DNA of 64,000 bases, taken from assembly GCA_017882335.1 (NCBI GenBank), contig JADGPR010000009.1, positions 990 through 64,989 on the forward strand. Direction: 5' to 3'. Both the position numbers and the translations under genes were made by a program. Below, one piece after another: positions 27,565 to 38,651 of this stretch. The stretch is from Bacteroidales bacterium (GTDB lineage Bacteria > Bacteroidota > Bacteroidia > Bacteroidales > FEN-979). Each line of letters begins with the position of its first letter. Positions within the stretch are counted from its first letter, which is position 1. Under the pieces are notes generated by a model, which saw only the letters and a program-made list of their open reading frames with translations, was not told the origin of the DNA and did no database searches.

Positions 27565-28317
27565 TCATTTTTTCTTCAACTCATTCTGCAGGTACTGCTC
27601 AATGGCCAGGGTCATGGAAGATGCCGTTTTTGAGGGAGCCGAAACATTCAGCGTAAGACCTGCATCCACTACTGCTTTTGCGGTACTCGGCCCGAATGCA
27701 CCGATTGCAGTTTTATCTTGTGTGAATTTCGGGAAATTCTTGAATAAAGATTTGATCTGGGCTGGACTGAAAAAGACCAGCATATTATAATCTTCAATTT
27801 TGACGTCAGAGAGATCGCTTGCAAGCGTACGGTAAATAACGGCTTTTTTAAACTGGATCTTGTTTTCCTCCAGCATATTTGCGATCTCCTGCTTATGGAT
27901 ATCCGAACAGGGCAAAAGAAATTTTTCGGTTTTGTGCTTTTTGGTCAGTTCAACAAGGTTCGTAAAGCTTTCTTTACTGTGAAAAACTTTTCTTTTCCTG
28001 TACTGAACATATTTCTGGAGATAGTAGGCCGTAGATTCGGAGATGCTGAAATACTTCATACTGTCGGGCACCTCAACACGCATTTCTTTACATATTCTGA
28101 AAAAATGATCTACCGCGTTGCGGGAAGTGAAGATCACCGCTGTGTAGTCAAGGATGTTGATCCGGTCTTTCCGGAATTCCTTGGCAGGAACACCTTCAAT
28201 CTTGATGAACTTACGGAATACAATAGTAACATTGAACTTTTTAGTCAGATCAGCGTAAGGCGATTTTTCAAGATCTGATGGCTGGGGTTGAGAGACAAGG
28301 ATGGTTTTTATTTTCAA
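27565..28317 (-). CDS. hemD: Uroporphyrinogen-III synthase-like (HemD family)
   Basis: 250 aa with HemD-like two-lobe repeats (VIFTSRNAVDHFF, VFFSPAQIKSLF). The position next to DUF4271 and rnpA is typical of Bacteroidota. Confidence 0.75.
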   Translation of the reverse strand: MKIKTILVSQPQPSDLEKSPYADLTKKFNVTIVFRKFIKIEGVPAKEFRKDRINILDYTAVIFTSRNAVDHFFRICKEMRVEVPDSMKYFSISESTAYYLQKYVQYRKRKVFHSKESFTNLVELTKKHKTEKFLLPCSDIHKQEIANMLEENKIQFKKAVIYRTLASDLSDVKIEDYNMLVFFSPAQIKSLFKNFPKFTQDKTAIGAFGPSTAKAVVDAGLTLNVSAPSKTASSMTLAIEQYLQNELKKK

Positions 28318-28366
28318 TGCTACGTATTTTTTATCGTTGCATACTCAAACTTAATATCCGGATCGC

Positions 28367-29209
28367 TTATAAATAGTATCTCAAAACAATTTTCATCAGT
28401 ATGACCAGGGGTAGAATTTCGAGGCTGCAAAGATACACAAATAAAAACAAGTAGGAAAATTTCGTTATTGAAATTCCTATCAAAAACCCTCTCACAAATC
28501 GAAATAAAAAGAACAAAGCGAAAATTATCATGCAGATCCACAGAAAGATAACGGATTTCAGATACAATGCGAAAATCAACAATGGCAATAAAAAAATCCC
28601 GGTCAATATGTTGAAAATCAAGATATTTAAAATGTATTCCCGGGTAGTTTGACGGGTTCTGAAGATGAATGACAGGAACCGGATCAACCCGATTTTCAGG
28701 ATCCAGAAGCCAAGCACAAAAATGCTTATCATGGCGAAAAGCGGAAAGCCCTGGAGCAATCTGCCGGTATCTTTTACGAGTACAAGCTCATAGAGTTGAT
28801 AGAGGAATAATGAAGTTGTTATTAAATAGATGAACCCCGTGGCCAGCGCGATCCGTTCAGTAAAAAGGTCACCATCCCTTATTAACTGACTCAGAAACCT
28901 TTTGGAATAAGGTGCCAACAGGATCTGTCTGAGCCTTCGGCGATAGAACACCTGAACCCATGCAAGAAAAACAAAACACAACAGAAGGAGGCCCAGGATC
29001 CATTCAGGCTGATATTGTTTGAATAGCACGGGCCGAATCCCCTGTGTTTTCAACTGATGAGAAATGAAAAATGATTGTGCAGGAGCAATACCCGGGGACA
29101 AAATGCTCTGAAAATCTGCTGTTGAATCGGTACTTACCTGATGAGAAATAAGTTTAAGATTCCGTGAAAGAACTGTATCGGATTGTATGGCAATATCAGC
29201 AGCCTTCAT
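28367..29209 (-). CDS. DUF4271-like polytopic membrane protein
   Basis: Track ORF 28367-29395 trimmed to Met 29209 to remove overlap with the upstream pseudouridine synthase gene. Multi-TM C-terminal half; the neighbourhood next to hemD matches DUF4271. Confidence 0.55.
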   Translation of the reverse strand: MKAADIAIQSDTVLSRNLKLISHQVSTDSTADFQSILSPGIAPAQSFFISHQLKTQGIRPVLFKQYQPEWILGLLLLCFVFLAWVQVFYRRRLRQILLAPYSKRFLSQLIRDGDLFTERIALATGFIYLITTSLFLYQLYELVLVKDTGRLLQGFPLFAMISIFVLGFWILKIGLIRFLSFIFRTRQTTREYILNILIFNILTGIFLLPLLIFALYLKSVIFLWICMIIFALFFLFRFVRGFLIGISITKFSYLFLFVYLCSLEILPLVILMKIVLRYYL

Positions 29210-29234
29210 TTTTATGGAGTGTAACAATAATTCC

Positions 29235-29942
29235 TCAACGTTTGTTATTAAGTTGTGCCAGGAATGACCCCCAGAGCCTGTCATCCGGTGGATCAGCAAC
29301 CACATGTATTTCTTCTTTACTAACCGGATGCGTAAATTCGATTTGCCTCGCATGCAGATGGATAGAACCATCCGGATTCGACCGGTCAAATCCATATTTC
29401 AGATCGCCTTTGATCGGGCATCCGATCTTTGCAAACTGGCTGCGAATCTGATGATGCCGCCCTGTGAGCAGGTTCACCTCCAGCAAAAAATAATTCTGAC
29501 TCTGACCGATCAGGTGAAATGTGAGTTCAGCCTTCTTGGAACCGGCCACTTCCTTGTCATGCGCGAAAGATTTGTTTTTTTCTTCATTTTTTTTCAGGTA
29601 ATGAAGAAGATGTCCGCTTTCTTCAGGCGGCTGGTTCTTAACAACCGCCCAATAGGTCTTATGAATTTGTCCCCCTTTGATCATTTCGTTCAGGCGGGTA
29701 AGGGCTTTGCTGGTTTTTGCGAAAATAACAACCCCGCTTACAGGCCGATCGATACGGTGAACAACTCCCAGGAATACATTGCCGGGCTTATGGTCACGCT
29801 CTTTGATGAATGCTTTGAGAAGATCACTGAGTGGTGTATCGCCGGTTTTATCTCCCTGGACGATCTGGGAGGGTTGCTTGTTAAAGATGATAAGATGATT
29901 GTCTTCGAAAAGAATATTGCTTCCGATCGAGGTCCTGTTCAT
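29235..29942 (-). CDS. RluA-family pseudouridine synthase
   Basis: 235 aa with the catalytic motif VHRIDRPVSGVVIFAKTSKA and the later GRHHQIR motif. Confidence 0.9.
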   Translation of the reverse strand: MNRTSIGSNILFEDNHLIIFNKQPSQIVQGDKTGDTPLSDLLKAFIKERDHKPGNVFLGVVHRIDRPVSGVVIFAKTSKALTRLNEMIKGGQIHKTYWAVVKNQPPEESGHLLHYLKKNEEKNKSFAHDKEVAGSKKAELTFHLIGQSQNYFLLEVNLLTGRHHQIRSQFAKIGCPIKGDLKYGFDRSNPDGSIHLHARQIEFTHPVSKEEIHVVADPPDDRLWGSFLAQLNNKR

Positions 29943-30760
29943 TAGTATTGTTCCCGCTCGTTAGGGAAATCAAGAGATTTGACATCATTGATATAATTGG
30001 TAACTGAACCCTGGATCTCTTCCGAGAGGTTGTTGTACCGGCGAAGAAAACGCGGGGAGAAATCGAGTGTTATACCCAGCATATCGTGCAGTACCAGGAC
30101 CTGGCCGTCGACATCCCGTCCGGCTCCGATCCCGATGGCAGGAATCTTTATTTCACGTGCTACCTGGCCTCCGAGTTTTGCGGGGATCTTTTCAAGGACA
30201 ATGGAAAAACATCCGGCCCGGCTGAGCAGATGAGCATCTTCCAAAAGTTTTACCGCCTCTTCCTCTGTAGTGGCCCTGACAACATAGGTTCCGAATTTGT
30301 GAATGGATTGCGGCGTCAAACCGAGATGACCCATCACAGGAATGCCGGCTGACAGAATCCGGTCAACAGACTCAATGATTTCTTTTCCTCCTTCCATTTT
30401 AACTGCATCTGCACCACTTTCTTTCATGATCCGGATAGAAGAAGACAAGGCCTCCTTCGAATTGCCCTGATAAGTGCCGAAAGGCATATCAACAACTACC
30501 AGCGCCCTCTTCACAGCCCTCACAACCGAAGAAGCATGATAGATCATCTCGTTGAGCGTGATGGGGAGTGTGGAAGTGTGGCCCGCCATTACATTGGAAG
30601 CGGAATCCCCGACAAGAATAATGTCAATGCCCGTTCCATCAAGGAGCCTCGCAAATGAATAATCATAAGCCGTAAGCATGGCAATTTTCTCCCCTTCCAG
30701 TTTCATTTCCTGGAGCACATGCGTAGTAACTTTCGAAACATTCCGATAGGATGTTGTCAT
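29942..30760 (-). CDS. panB: 3-methyl-2-oxobutanoate hydroxymethyltransferase
   Basis: 272 aa with [35 protein letters not shown] and VKMEGG motifs. Confidence 0.95.
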   Translation of the reverse strand: MTTSYRNVSKVTTHVLQEMKLEGEKIAMLTAYDYSFARLLDGTGIDIILVGDSASNVMAGHTSTLPITLNEMIYHASSVVRAVKRALVVVDMPFGTYQGNSKEALSSSIRIMKESGADAVKMEGGKEIIESVDRILSAGIPVMGHLGLTPQSIHKFGTYVVRATTEEEAVKLLEDAHLLSRAGCFSIVLEKIPAKLGGQVAREIKIPAIGIGAGRDVDGQVLVLHDMLGITLDFSPRFLRRYNNLSEEIQGSVTNYINDVKSLDFPNEREQY

Positions 30761-30778
30761 TCTTTAACTATTTATCAG

Positions 30779-30786
30779 CAAAACTA
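30779..30786 (-). promoter_or_regulatory. -7 box TAgtTTTG (minus strand) upstream of panB
   Basis: Plus-strand caaaacta, 19 nt upstream of the panB ATG at 30760. Confidence 0.4.
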
Positions 30787-30808
30787 CAACAAATAATTAA
30801 AAAATCTT

Positions 30809-30816
30809 TACTTTTG
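30809..30816 (+). promoter_or_regulatory. -7 box TActTTTG upstream of the lipoprotein gene
   Basis: TAnnTTTG match 27 nt upstream of ATG 30843, divergent from the panB box. Confidence 0.45.
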
Positions 30817-30842
30817 TCCTCCTTTTACAGATCGAATCAACC

Positions 30843-31847
30843 ATGCGTTACCTCAGAATTATCCTTGTTGTCCTTGTGTTTATCACGGTTCTCTATTCCT
30901 GCAATAAGAACCTGAATGTGAATGCTGATTGGCGGGACATTACAGTGGTTTACGGCATCCTTAGCCAGAATGAAGATACCACATTCATTAAAATCACAAA
31001 AGCATTTCTTGGAGAGGGTGATGCATTGATGTTTGCGAAAATCCCCGATTCCAGTACTTATCCTGATAAGCTGGATGTGAAACTGGAGGCATGGTCGGGC
31101 AATAACCTGGTGAATACATACACCTTTGATACCATCACAAAGCATCACAAAGAAAAGGGGGATTCAATATTCTATTATCCCGACCAACTGGTTTATTTTA
31201 ATCATACGGGGCACCTGGATGAAAATAATACCTACAGGCTTAAAATAACCCACAAGAATACGGGGATGGTGGATTCTGCAACCACCAAGCTGGTTCACGG
31301 CTTTACCGTAGAAACCCCGGATCCATTCATTAAAGTGGCGGAGTACATCCCCGGACACAGTTTTGAAGTCAAATTTGCCCAGGCTTATGGAGGGAAACGC
31401 TATCAGCTTGTGATCCGTTTTCACTACCTTGAAACCACTCCAAATGGTACTGTGTCGAAATCCTTTGACTGGATGTTGTTCAATAACCTGCAGGTAGTAA
31501 ATCCCTATGAGACTTCACCTGAGTCAATTTTCAAAAATTTTCCCGGAGATATTTTTTATACGGTTGTGGCAGGGAATATAAAAGACACCAATGTCACTGT
31601 CACTTCGAGAACTGCACGTTCCGTAGATTATATCTTCAGTGTTGCTTCTGAGGATCTCAACACCTATATGGAAGTTACTGAACCATCTCTCTCGATCATA
31701 CAGGAACGCCCCTCCTTTTCCAACATTTACAATGGGATTGGACTCTTCTCGAGCAGGTTCGTAAATGAAATAGATTCTATCGCTATTGGCCATAATACAC
31801 TGGATGAGCTAAAGATCAATCCGCTTACTGCCAAGCTGAAGTTCTGA
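30843..31847 (+). CDS. Hypothetical lipoprotein, possibly DUF4249-like
   Basis: 334 aa with a lipobox (VLYSC). The C-terminal NIYNGIGLFSSRF resembles the conserved G-x-G-I-F-G/S motif I associate with DUF4249. No neighbouring TonB-dependent receptor. Confidence 0.45.
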   Translation: MRYLRIILVVLVFITVLYSCNKNLNVNADWRDITVVYGILSQNEDTTFIKITKAFLGEGDALMFAKIPDSSTYPDKLDVKLEAWSGNNLVNTYTFDTITKHHKEKGDSIFYYPDQLVYFNHTGHLDENNTYRLKITHKNTGMVDSATTKLVHGFTVETPDPFIKVAEYIPGHSFEVKFAQAYGGKRYQLVIRFHYLETTPNGTVSKSFDWMLFNNLQVVNPYETSPESIFKNFPGDIFYTVVAGNIKDTNVTVTSRTARSVDYIFSVASEDLNTYMEVTEPSLSIIQERPSFSNIYNGIGLFSSRFVNEIDSIAIGHNTLDELKINPLTAKLKF

Positions 31848-31968
31848 CTACCCCTTTTTTCTTTCCCTGTCGTTTTGTCACAATCTGGCAGCCAAACCTG
31901 TTTTGGCATAATGATTGACATTAAGGGGTGAAATTCCAAAAAAATTATTCACAATAAATTTGATTAAA

Positions 31969-33885
31969 ATGGGAAAAATCATTGGTATCGATCTTGGAAC
32001 CACGAACTCTTGTGTAGCTGTCATGGAAGGGAACGAACCGGTTGTCATCGCAAACAGTGAAGGAAGGAGAACAACTCCATCCATCGTTGCTTTTACTGAA
32101 AATGGTGAACGAAAAGTAGGCGATCCGGCCAAGCGTCAGTCAATCACGAATCCTCATAACACCGTTTTTTCCATAAAACGTTTCATGGGGGAGACCTATG
32201 ACCAGGTTGAAAAAGAGATCAAACGCGTACCGTACCATGTAGATCATGGAGATAATAATACTCCGCGTGTCAATATCAACGGCAAATTGTATTCTCCGCA
32301 GGAAATTTCTGCCATGATACTTCAGAAAATGAGGAAAACGGCGGAAGATTATCTTGGAATGGAAATCAAGGAAGCAGTCATTACAGTACCTGCATATTTC
32401 AGCGATTCACAGCGTCAGGCTACCAAGGAAGCAGGTGAAATTGCAGGCCTGGATGTCAAACGTATCATCAATGAACCTACTGCAGCTGCCCTGGCCTATG
32501 GCCTCGACAAGAAAAACAGAGACATGAAGGTTGCCGTATTTGACCTGGGAGGCGGAACGTTTGATATTTCCATCCTGGAATTGGGTGAAGGCGTATTTGA
32601 GGTAAAATCCACCAACGGGAATACCCATCTTGGAGGAGATGATTTTGATCACCTCATTATTGACTGGCTTGCAGAAGAATTTTTGAAAGAAGAACGGATT
32701 GACCTGCGTAAAGATCCGATGGCATTGCAGCGTTTGAAAGAGGCTGCCGAAAAAGCCAAGATAGAATTATCCAGCTCTACAGAAACCGAGATCAACCTGC
32801 CATACATCATGCCGGTTGACGGTATTCCCAAGCACCTGGTAAAAAAACTTTCGCGTGCCAAATTTGAGCAGTTGATTGACCAATTGATGCGGTCTACCAT
32901 TCCACCCTGCGAACAGGCCATGAAGGATGCCGGGTTGAAACCATCTGACATTGATGAAGTGATCCTGGTTGGCGGCTCCACAAGGATTCCCGCTGTACAG
33001 AAACTGGTCAGGGATTTCTTCGGAAAAGAGCCTTCAAAAGGGGTGAATCCGGATGAAGTCGTAGCCATTGGTGCGGCGATCCAGGGAGGTGTTCTGACAG
33101 GGGAAGTGAAAGATGTCCTACTGCTGGATGTCACACCACTGTCACTCGGAATCGAAACCCTGGGCGGGGTAATGACCCGGCTGATCGAGTCCAATACAAC
33201 CATTCCGACCAAAAAATCAGAAGTCTTTTCCACTGCAGCAGATAACCAGACTTCCGTGGAGATCCATGTTCTCCAAGGTGAAAGGCCCATGGCGAATCAG
33301 AATAAGAGCATCGGCCGTTTCCACCTCGATGGAATTCCTCCTTCAACACGCGGCATCCCACAAATCGAAGTGACATTTGACATTGATGCAAACGGGATAC
33401 TGAATGTTGCTGCCAGGGATAAAGCAACCGGAAAATCGCAACAGATCCATATTGAAGCCTCTTCGGGATTATCAGATGCTGATATCAGGAAGATGAAGGA
33501 AGAAGCCCAGGTGAACTCAGATGCAGATAAACGGATAAAAGAAGAGATCGATAAATTAAACACTGCAGATTCTTTGATCTTCCAGACCGAAAAACAACTC
33601 AAGGAATTCGGCGACAAGATACCGGGAGATAAAAAAGAGTCGATCACGAAGTCGCTGGAAGAATTGAAAACCGCGCATAAGAACAAAGACCTTCCGGGAA
33701 TTGAAAGAGCTATGGCGAACCTGAATTCGACATGGCAAAGCGCCAGCGAAGATATGTACAAGAATGCACAACAGCAGCCACAGGAAGGCCCTCAAGGCGG
33801 CCCTCAGGCCGGACCAGAACAAAAACAGCAAACCGGTACCGATGAAGTCACTGATGTTGATTTTGAAGAAGTGAAAGATAAATAA
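31969..33885 (+). CDS. dnaK: Molecular chaperone DnaK (Hsp70)
   Basis: [26 protein letters not shown] and [11 protein letters not shown] motifs. The track ORF starts upstream at a TTG (31915); trimmed to the canonical ATG. Confidence 0.97.
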   Translation: MGKIIGIDLGTTNSCVAVMEGNEPVVIANSEGRRTTPSIVAFTENGERKVGDPAKRQSITNPHNTVFSIKRFMGETYDQVEKEIKRVPYHVDHGDNNTPRVNINGKLYSPQEISAMILQKMRKTAEDYLGMEIKEAVITVPAYFSDSQRQATKEAGEIAGLDVKRIINEPTAAALAYGLDKKNRDMKVAVFDLGGGTFDISILELGEGVFEVKSTNGNTHLGGDDFDHLIIDWLAEEFLKEERIDLRKDPMALQRLKEAAEKAKIELSSSTETEINLPYIMPVDGIPKHLVKKLSRAKFEQLIDQLMRSTIPPCEQAMKDAGLKPSDIDEVILVGGSTRIPAVQKLVRDFFGKEPSKGVNPDEVVAIGAAIQGGVLTGEVKDVLLLDVTPLSLGIETLGGVMTRLIESNTTIPTKKSEVFSTAADNQTSVEIHVLQGERPMANQNKSIGRFHLDGIPPSTRGIPQIEVTFDIDANGILNVAARDKATGKSQQIHIEASSGLSDADIRKMKEEAQVNSDADKRIKEEIDKLNTADSLIFQTEKQLKEFGDKIPGDKKESITKSLEELKTAHKNKDLPGIERAMANLNSTWQSASEDMYKNAQQQPQEGPQGGPQAGPEQKQQTGTDEVTDVDFEEVKDK

Positions 33886-33938
33886 CCTGTCTGGTGCAGC
33901 CAATAGGACGATCGTGTTCCGGCTTGGTTGAATAATTG

Positions 33939-33992
33939 ATGAGCTGTTTCGACCGATGAAAAAAATTGCGGCGAAACAGCTCATTTATTTTT
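33939..33992 (+). terminator. Intrinsic terminator of dnaK
   Basis: 13-bp perfect stem (atgagctgtttcg ... cgaaacagctcat) with a ~20-nt loop, followed by ttattttt. Confidence 0.6.
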
Positions 33993-34209
33993 GTTAATAT
34001 TTTCTTAAACATAAAATGACCAGAGTCAACAAAAATCTTTATACATTTGTTAATTAAGAATAATTCTCTTAGAAAGGTGGTTGAAAGCAATATACTGCAT
34101 ATAAACGAAACATGCCGGATATACTTCTGAACCCTTCGATTAGATTGATGGGATCAACATGATATTGAAATTTCAGAATAATTAATAACCTATTGGAAAA
34201 ATAAACTCT

Positions 34210-36582
34210 ATGAAAAGATTTACACCTGTTGCCATTAGTTTTTTAGTTGTTTTATTGATCGGAATAAATGGAATCGGGCATGCACAGACCATTCTTTATG
34301 AGGATTTTAACTATGCACCGCCGGCATATGTCGGTGGGAATGGGAATGCTGGCAGTTCTTCCAATAACTGGACCACGCACAGTATAACAAGCGGACAAAC
34401 AACAACCATTGACGTTGTAAACGGCAATTTATCATTTACTGGGCTTTTCCCATCAAATGGTTATAAAGTATCCATGTTTGGAAATACCAATCTTACCTCG
34501 AGAGATATAAACCGGGCGTTTACTTCTTCCAGTAATGTTCTTTATTTTTCAGTTTTATTAAATCTTGTCGATAATTCCGGGATAACTGCAAATGGTGATT
34601 ATTTTATGCATTTTGGAGCAACGTCCGGTGCAGCGGTTACTATTTTTGGCGCCAGGTTGGGAGCCAAGTCCGTCAATTCCGGGGCAAATTATCGTTTCAT
34701 TATCCAGAATACTTCAGGTGGAACACCAACATTCACTGAGTTTGCACAGGATCTTAACTTTGGAACAACTTACCTGGTTGTGGCTAAATACAATAAAAGT
34801 TCTTCGCCCACTACTGCCAACCTTTGGGTGAACCCGGCCAGCTTGGGAGGAACTGAGCCTTCCGGATCGGTCACAAATAACAGCGGAACCGGAGCTTTTG
34901 CCACCTTTGCCTCCATCTGTTTAAGAAACAATGCAACAACGCCCAAAGTTGAAATCGATGAAATCCGAATTGGGCCGACATGGGCTGATGTAACACCCCT
35001 GGGGGTACAAATAATCATTACAACCAGTGCCGTTACAGCAATAACGTCAACAACGGCCACTGGAGGCGGAAATGTTATTTCTGATGGCGGATCTACCATT
35101 ATGGCAAGGGGCATTTGCTGGTCCACCAGCACCGACCCGACCATTTCCGGGAATCATACTACCGAGCCCGGTACCACTGGTCCCTTTACGAGTAATATGA
35201 CCGGACTCGCACCCAGCACTACCTATCACGTCAGGGCTTATGCCACCAATGGCATCGGAACGGGATATGGCAGCGATGTTGCTTTCTCCACTTTATGCGA
35301 ACCATTTGCTCCTATAACAAATTTTTGGGCAAGCAATACAAACATCACAGTAGGGCAATCGATCAACTTCTTTGATTCCACAAGGTATTGTCCGACTTCC
35401 TGGAATTGGTCGTTCGTGGGAGGAATCCCGATGTCGTCCACTGCCCAGAATCCAACTGGAATCGTTTACAATTATCCCGGGGTTTACAACGTATGCCTTA
35501 CAACTACCAACGTTTACGGCAATAGTACACTCTGTAAATCGGAATACATTACAGTGAATGCCCCGTTGAATTCAAAGATGGTCGTCACGGAAATCATGTA
35601 CAACCCTCCTGAAACCGGTATTGATTCACTTGAGTTTATTGAATTATACAACAACGATACTGCAGCGATCGACCTCCAGGGATTCTATTTTTCAAATCCC
35701 ATTAGCTATACGTTCCCAAGCTACATCGTTGGTTCGCATTCTTATACACTGGTAGCAAAAAGCGCATCGGCCATGTTCCATACATTTGGAGTAACTGCAT
35801 TGCAATGGGCGAGCGGATCCCTGAGCAATACCGGTGCCCTTATCAAACTGAAGGACCGGTTCAATGCCACTGTCGATTCGATGCAGTATGGTGTTCTTAT
35901 GCCCTGGGATACACTGGCAAACGGACGTGGCTCTTCGCTTGAATTGTGCGATCCAAACTCCAATAATACACTTCCTTCCAACTGGCGACATGCCATCGAG
36001 TTTGCCGCTGTCAATGCAGCAGACGACACCATCTGGGCTTCACCGGGAATGGGCTGTTCCTACCCACCAGTTGCCAATTTCACAGCCAATAGCACCCATA
36101 TTCACCTGAATGATTTTATTCAGTTTGCCGATTCTTCTATGGGGCAGGTTGATACCTGGAACTGGGAATTCGAAGCAGGAACACCATCCTCCTCCAATTT
36201 ATTAATTCCGCCCCCGGTACAGTATACTTCTTTTGGCACCTATGATGTTTCACTTACAGTGTCTAACATCGCCGGAGCGGATATTAAGGTGAAATCCGGA
36301 TATATTGAGGTTGGTACAACCGGACTTGGTACCTTGAGCGAAAGAAATTCCTTCGTGATCTATCCGAATCCGACAACCGGAAAATTCACTGTGATTTTTG
36401 CAGGAAAAGATTCCCATGAGGTAAAAATCATTTCCGGAATGGGCAACATAATTGAACAAAAGCAGTCTACCAGGGAGTTCATGGAATTTGACCTCTCGGG
36501 ATTTACAAAGGGGATCTATTTTGTCCAGTCCTTTGACAACGGAACTCATACAATGATCTCAAAAAAACTGATTATACAGTAA
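34210..36582 (+). CDS. Secreted multidomain T9SS type-A cargo: N-terminal jelly-roll-like region, FN3/Ig-like module, PKD, lamin-tail (LTD) domain, PKD, CTD
   Basis: 790 aa with a signal peptide. ARGICWSTSTDPT module; PKD-like segments (WNWSFVGG...YNVCLTTTN, WNWEFEAGTP...YDVSLTVSN); LTD-like MVVTEIMYNPPETGIDSLEFIELYNN; C-terminal IYPNPTTGKFTV...GIYFVQS...KKLIIQ. Confidence 0.75.
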   Translation: MKRFTPVAISFLVVLLIGINGIGHAQTILYEDFNYAPPAYVGGNGNAGSSSNNWTTHSITSGQTTTIDVVNGNLSFTGLFPSNGYKVSMFGNTNLTSRDINRAFTSSSNVLYFSVLLNLVDNSGITANGDYFMHFGATSGAAVTIFGARLGAKSVNSGANYRFIIQNTSGGTPTFTEFAQDLNFGTTYLVVAKYNKSSSPTTANLWVNPASLGGTEPSGSVTNNSGTGAFATFASICLRNNATTPKVEIDEIRIGPTWADVTPLGVQIIITTSAVTAITSTTATGGGNVISDGGSTIMARGICWSTSTDPTISGNHTTEPGTTGPFTSNMTGLAPSTTYHVRAYATNGIGTGYGSDVAFSTLCEPFAPITNFWASNTNITVGQSINFFDSTRYCPTSWNWSFVGGIPMSSTAQNPTGIVYNYPGVYNVCLTTTNVYGNSTLCKSEYITVNAPLNSKMVVTEIMYNPPETGIDSLEFIELYNNDTAAIDLQGFYFSNPISYTFPSYIVGSHSYTLVAKSASAMFHTFGVTALQWASGSLSNTGALIKLKDRFNATVDSMQYGVLMPWDTLANGRGSSLELCDPNSNNTLPSNWRHAIEFAAVNAADDTIWASPGMGCSYPPVANFTANSTHIHLNDFIQFADSSMGQVDTWNWEFEAGTPSSSNLLIPPPVQYTSFGTYDVSLTVSNIAGADIKVKSGYIEVGTTGLGTLSERNSFVIYPNPTTGKFTVIFAGKDSHEVKIISGMGNIIEQKQSTREFMEFDLSGFTKGIYFVQSFDNGTHTMISKKLIIQ

Positions 36583-36631
36583 TTCATATATCCATTCAAC
36601 TTTTATAAACGATTCATTAAATCATGCGCAA

Positions 36632-38248
36632 ATGAAAAAAGTACTTTTACTCAGTTTATTTTTATCCCTGATCCTTGTAGTTCAAAATGCAAGAAGCCAG
36701 GGATTGGAAAATTTCAACAATTATCCTGAAACTACAAATGCTTACCATAATGGTACATTTACCGGGCAAGACGGTTCTATATGGAGCTATAACCAATGTC
36801 GGGGAGATTCGGCAATCAATGCTCCCACACCGACAATGGGGAAAAACAGGACTCCCACCGGAGAAGTTTTTTCGGGAACGATTCATGGAGGTTGTGGAAC
36901 ATTAAACTTTGATTACAAACAGGTGTTTACGACCAGTGTTTCATTAGATGTTTTTGTTAACGGCATTTTATTGACCACGGTTACTACCACCAATGAGATA
37001 GGGATCGTAAAAAATTCCGGAATTATCAATGTGAATGCCGCAGGTGATATTGTTTTTGATTTCAAGCAGAATTCCACTGCTGCCGGACAATGTGCAATTG
37101 ACAATATTTCATGGACAGGGAACAGTACCGTATTGCCGGAACCCACGAATTATCCTACAAATTTCACGGCAACACCGGGATATTTTAAGGTCACCCTCAA
37201 CTGGACAGATGCTACCAGTGGACAAGCCCCGACATCCTACCTTGTTCTTGGAAGCAATGCAAATAACATCGTGGCACCGACAGATGGCACCCCGGTTACT
37301 GATGATCCAAACCTGGCGGATGGAAGCGCTGCATTAAATATTCTGCAGGGAGTACAGACCTGCGTGTTTACAGGGTTATTGAGCAGCACACCCTATTATT
37401 TTGCCATTTATCCCTATACCAACTCGGGAGCACTCATCGATTATAAAACAGATGGTACAGCCCCTGCAGCAAATGCAACTACTCCAAACGGTGTCATTAT
37501 TTTCCATCGTGATTTCAATAACAGGCTTATGGCACCAATGATTGCGAAGAACATTCAGGGACCAGACCAATTCTGGTTGATCGATACCATTCATGGAACA
37601 TCCTCTTCCGCATGTGCAACGATGTCCGGTTATCTCGGTGGTTCCTATTATGTGAACGAAGATTGGCTGATCACACCAGCCATGAATTTTGATCTTTATA
37701 CCCATGAGGTACTTAACTTTATGAGCTCTTATAATTATACGGGAAATACGCTGTTAGTAAAAATTTCCAACACTTATGACGGTTCCGGTGATCCCAATTC
37801 CTTTACCTGGACGGATCTCGCCCCGACCTTGTCACCGGGCGGCTGGATCTGGACTAACTCAGGCGACCTTGATGTGTCGGGGACCAACGGCACCAGCGTT
37901 TATGTTGCATTCAAATATACATCCGACGCTACGGCTGCTAAAACATGGGAACTGGATGATATCCTGGTTTTAGGGACTCCTGTTGTTGGTATCGCGGAAA
38001 AAACCAATTCAACAGATTTCACAATCTCCCCGAACCCATCGCAGGGGATGGTTAAACTGGCCTTTAACGGTAAAGGGAATAAGGAAATCAGTATTATGAA
38101 TGTGACAGGAAATAAAGTTTACCAGGAAACAACCGACCTTACGATCCGGAATATTGATCTTACGAATCTTTCCAGCGGGATCTATTTTGTACAGGTTACC
38201 GATGTGTCAACATCCAAAATCTCGGTGAAGAAACTCATTATTCGTTAG
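36632..38248 (+). CDS. Secreted T9SS type-A cargo with an FN3-like module and a choice-of-anchor-J-like domain
   Basis: 538 aa with a signal peptide. FN3-like PTNFTATPGYFKVTLNWTD; DWLITPAMNF...VYVAFKYTS...WELDDILVLG resembles choice-of-anchor J; C-terminal ISPNPSQGMVKL...GIYFVQV...KKLIIR. Confidence 0.7.
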   Translation: MKKVLLLSLFLSLILVVQNARSQGLENFNNYPETTNAYHNGTFTGQDGSIWSYNQCRGDSAINAPTPTMGKNRTPTGEVFSGTIHGGCGTLNFDYKQVFTTSVSLDVFVNGILLTTVTTTNEIGIVKNSGIINVNAAGDIVFDFKQNSTAAGQCAIDNISWTGNSTVLPEPTNYPTNFTATPGYFKVTLNWTDATSGQAPTSYLVLGSNANNIVAPTDGTPVTDDPNLADGSAALNILQGVQTCVFTGLLSSTPYYFAIYPYTNSGALIDYKTDGTAPAANATTPNGVIIFHRDFNNRLMAPMIAKNIQGPDQFWLIDTIHGTSSSACATMSGYLGGSYYVNEDWLITPAMNFDLYTHEVLNFMSSYNYTGNTLLVKISNTYDGSGDPNSFTWTDLAPTLSPGGWIWTNSGDLDVSGTNGTSVYVAFKYTSDATAAKTWELDDILVLGTPVVGIAEKTNSTDFTISPNPSQGMVKLAFNGKGNKEISIMNVTGNKVYQETTDLTIRNIDLTNLSSGIYFVQVTDVSTSKISVKKLIIR

Positions 38249-38310
38249 ATCTGATGCCGACAACCGGAGATACATCTCATTCGTAGATCCGGCCGATGAT
38301 TATAATTAAG

Positions 38311-38349
38311 AACTGCAATCTCATTTTTAAAGGGGTTGCGGTTTTTTTT
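38311..38349 (+). terminator. Putative intrinsic terminator after the 36632-38248 gene
   Basis: aactgcaa ... ttgcggtt stem (one G-U pair) followed by a run of T residues ending at 38349. Confidence 0.45.
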
Positions 38350-38398
38350 CTTGGAACTCTGATTTTCTGTATTCCTTTCTCCTTCTATTCAATCTTCC

Positions 38399-38546
38399 TT
38401 CACCACTAAGTCACAAACCTGCTTACCGGCAGGCAGGTTTGCACAGAAAAAATTACGATCAAAGTTTAAATAACATCATCTGATTTGACAAATTATAAGG
38501 TCTTCTGTGTGAATCAGCGTTTAATCTGCGAAAATCAGCGAGAACG
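38399..38546. repeat. Composite repeat element (partial B module, ctgcttaccggcaggcagg hairpin, family-A right arm)
   Basis: ttcaccactaagtcac; aacctgcttaccggcaggcaggtttgc; gtgtgaatcagcgtttaatctgcgaaaatcagcgagaacg. Track ORF 38459-38785 reads through it. Confidence 0.65.
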
Positions 38547-38624
38547 ACTTTCATGTTATCTGATTTGAAGTTTCTGGGATTGAGTTTACTTCGACAAACA
38601 TTCCTTTCAAACAGGAATAATGCA

Positions 38625-38632
38625 TAAATTTG
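38625..38632 (+). promoter_or_regulatory. -7 box TAaaTTTG upstream of the 38652 gene
   Basis: TAnnTTTG match 20 nt upstream of ATG 38652. Confidence 0.45.
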
Positions 38633-38651
38633 TATTGGCAAATCAAAACAG

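Noticed and set aside
28367-29395. Full-length 342-aa version of the DUF4271-like ORF
   Set aside because: The first 62 codons overlap the 3' end of the RluA-family gene in another frame and look non-protein-like. The start was trimmed to the Met at 29209.
2210-30760. Pantothenate genes split (panD-panC at 2.2-3.4 kb, panB at 29.9-30.8 kb) as an unusual arrangement
   Set aside because: Dispersed pan genes are common in bacteria, and nothing in the intervening sequence suggests a recent rearrangement.
31955-31962. TAaaTTTG motif upstream of dnaK as a -7 promoter box
   Set aside because: It lies only 7 nt from the dnaK ATG, too close to leave a leader with a ribosome-binding context. It is probably a chance match in AT-rich sequence.
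32649-33290. 213-aa minus-strand ORF and other long antisense ORFs inside dnaK
   Set aside because: They are fully embedded antisense to a highly conserved dnaK frame and have Ser/Pro-rich low-complexity composition typical of shadow ORFs. The same reasoning applies to 29304-29945 (antisense to the pseudouridine synthase gene) and 55840-56352 (antisense to carB).
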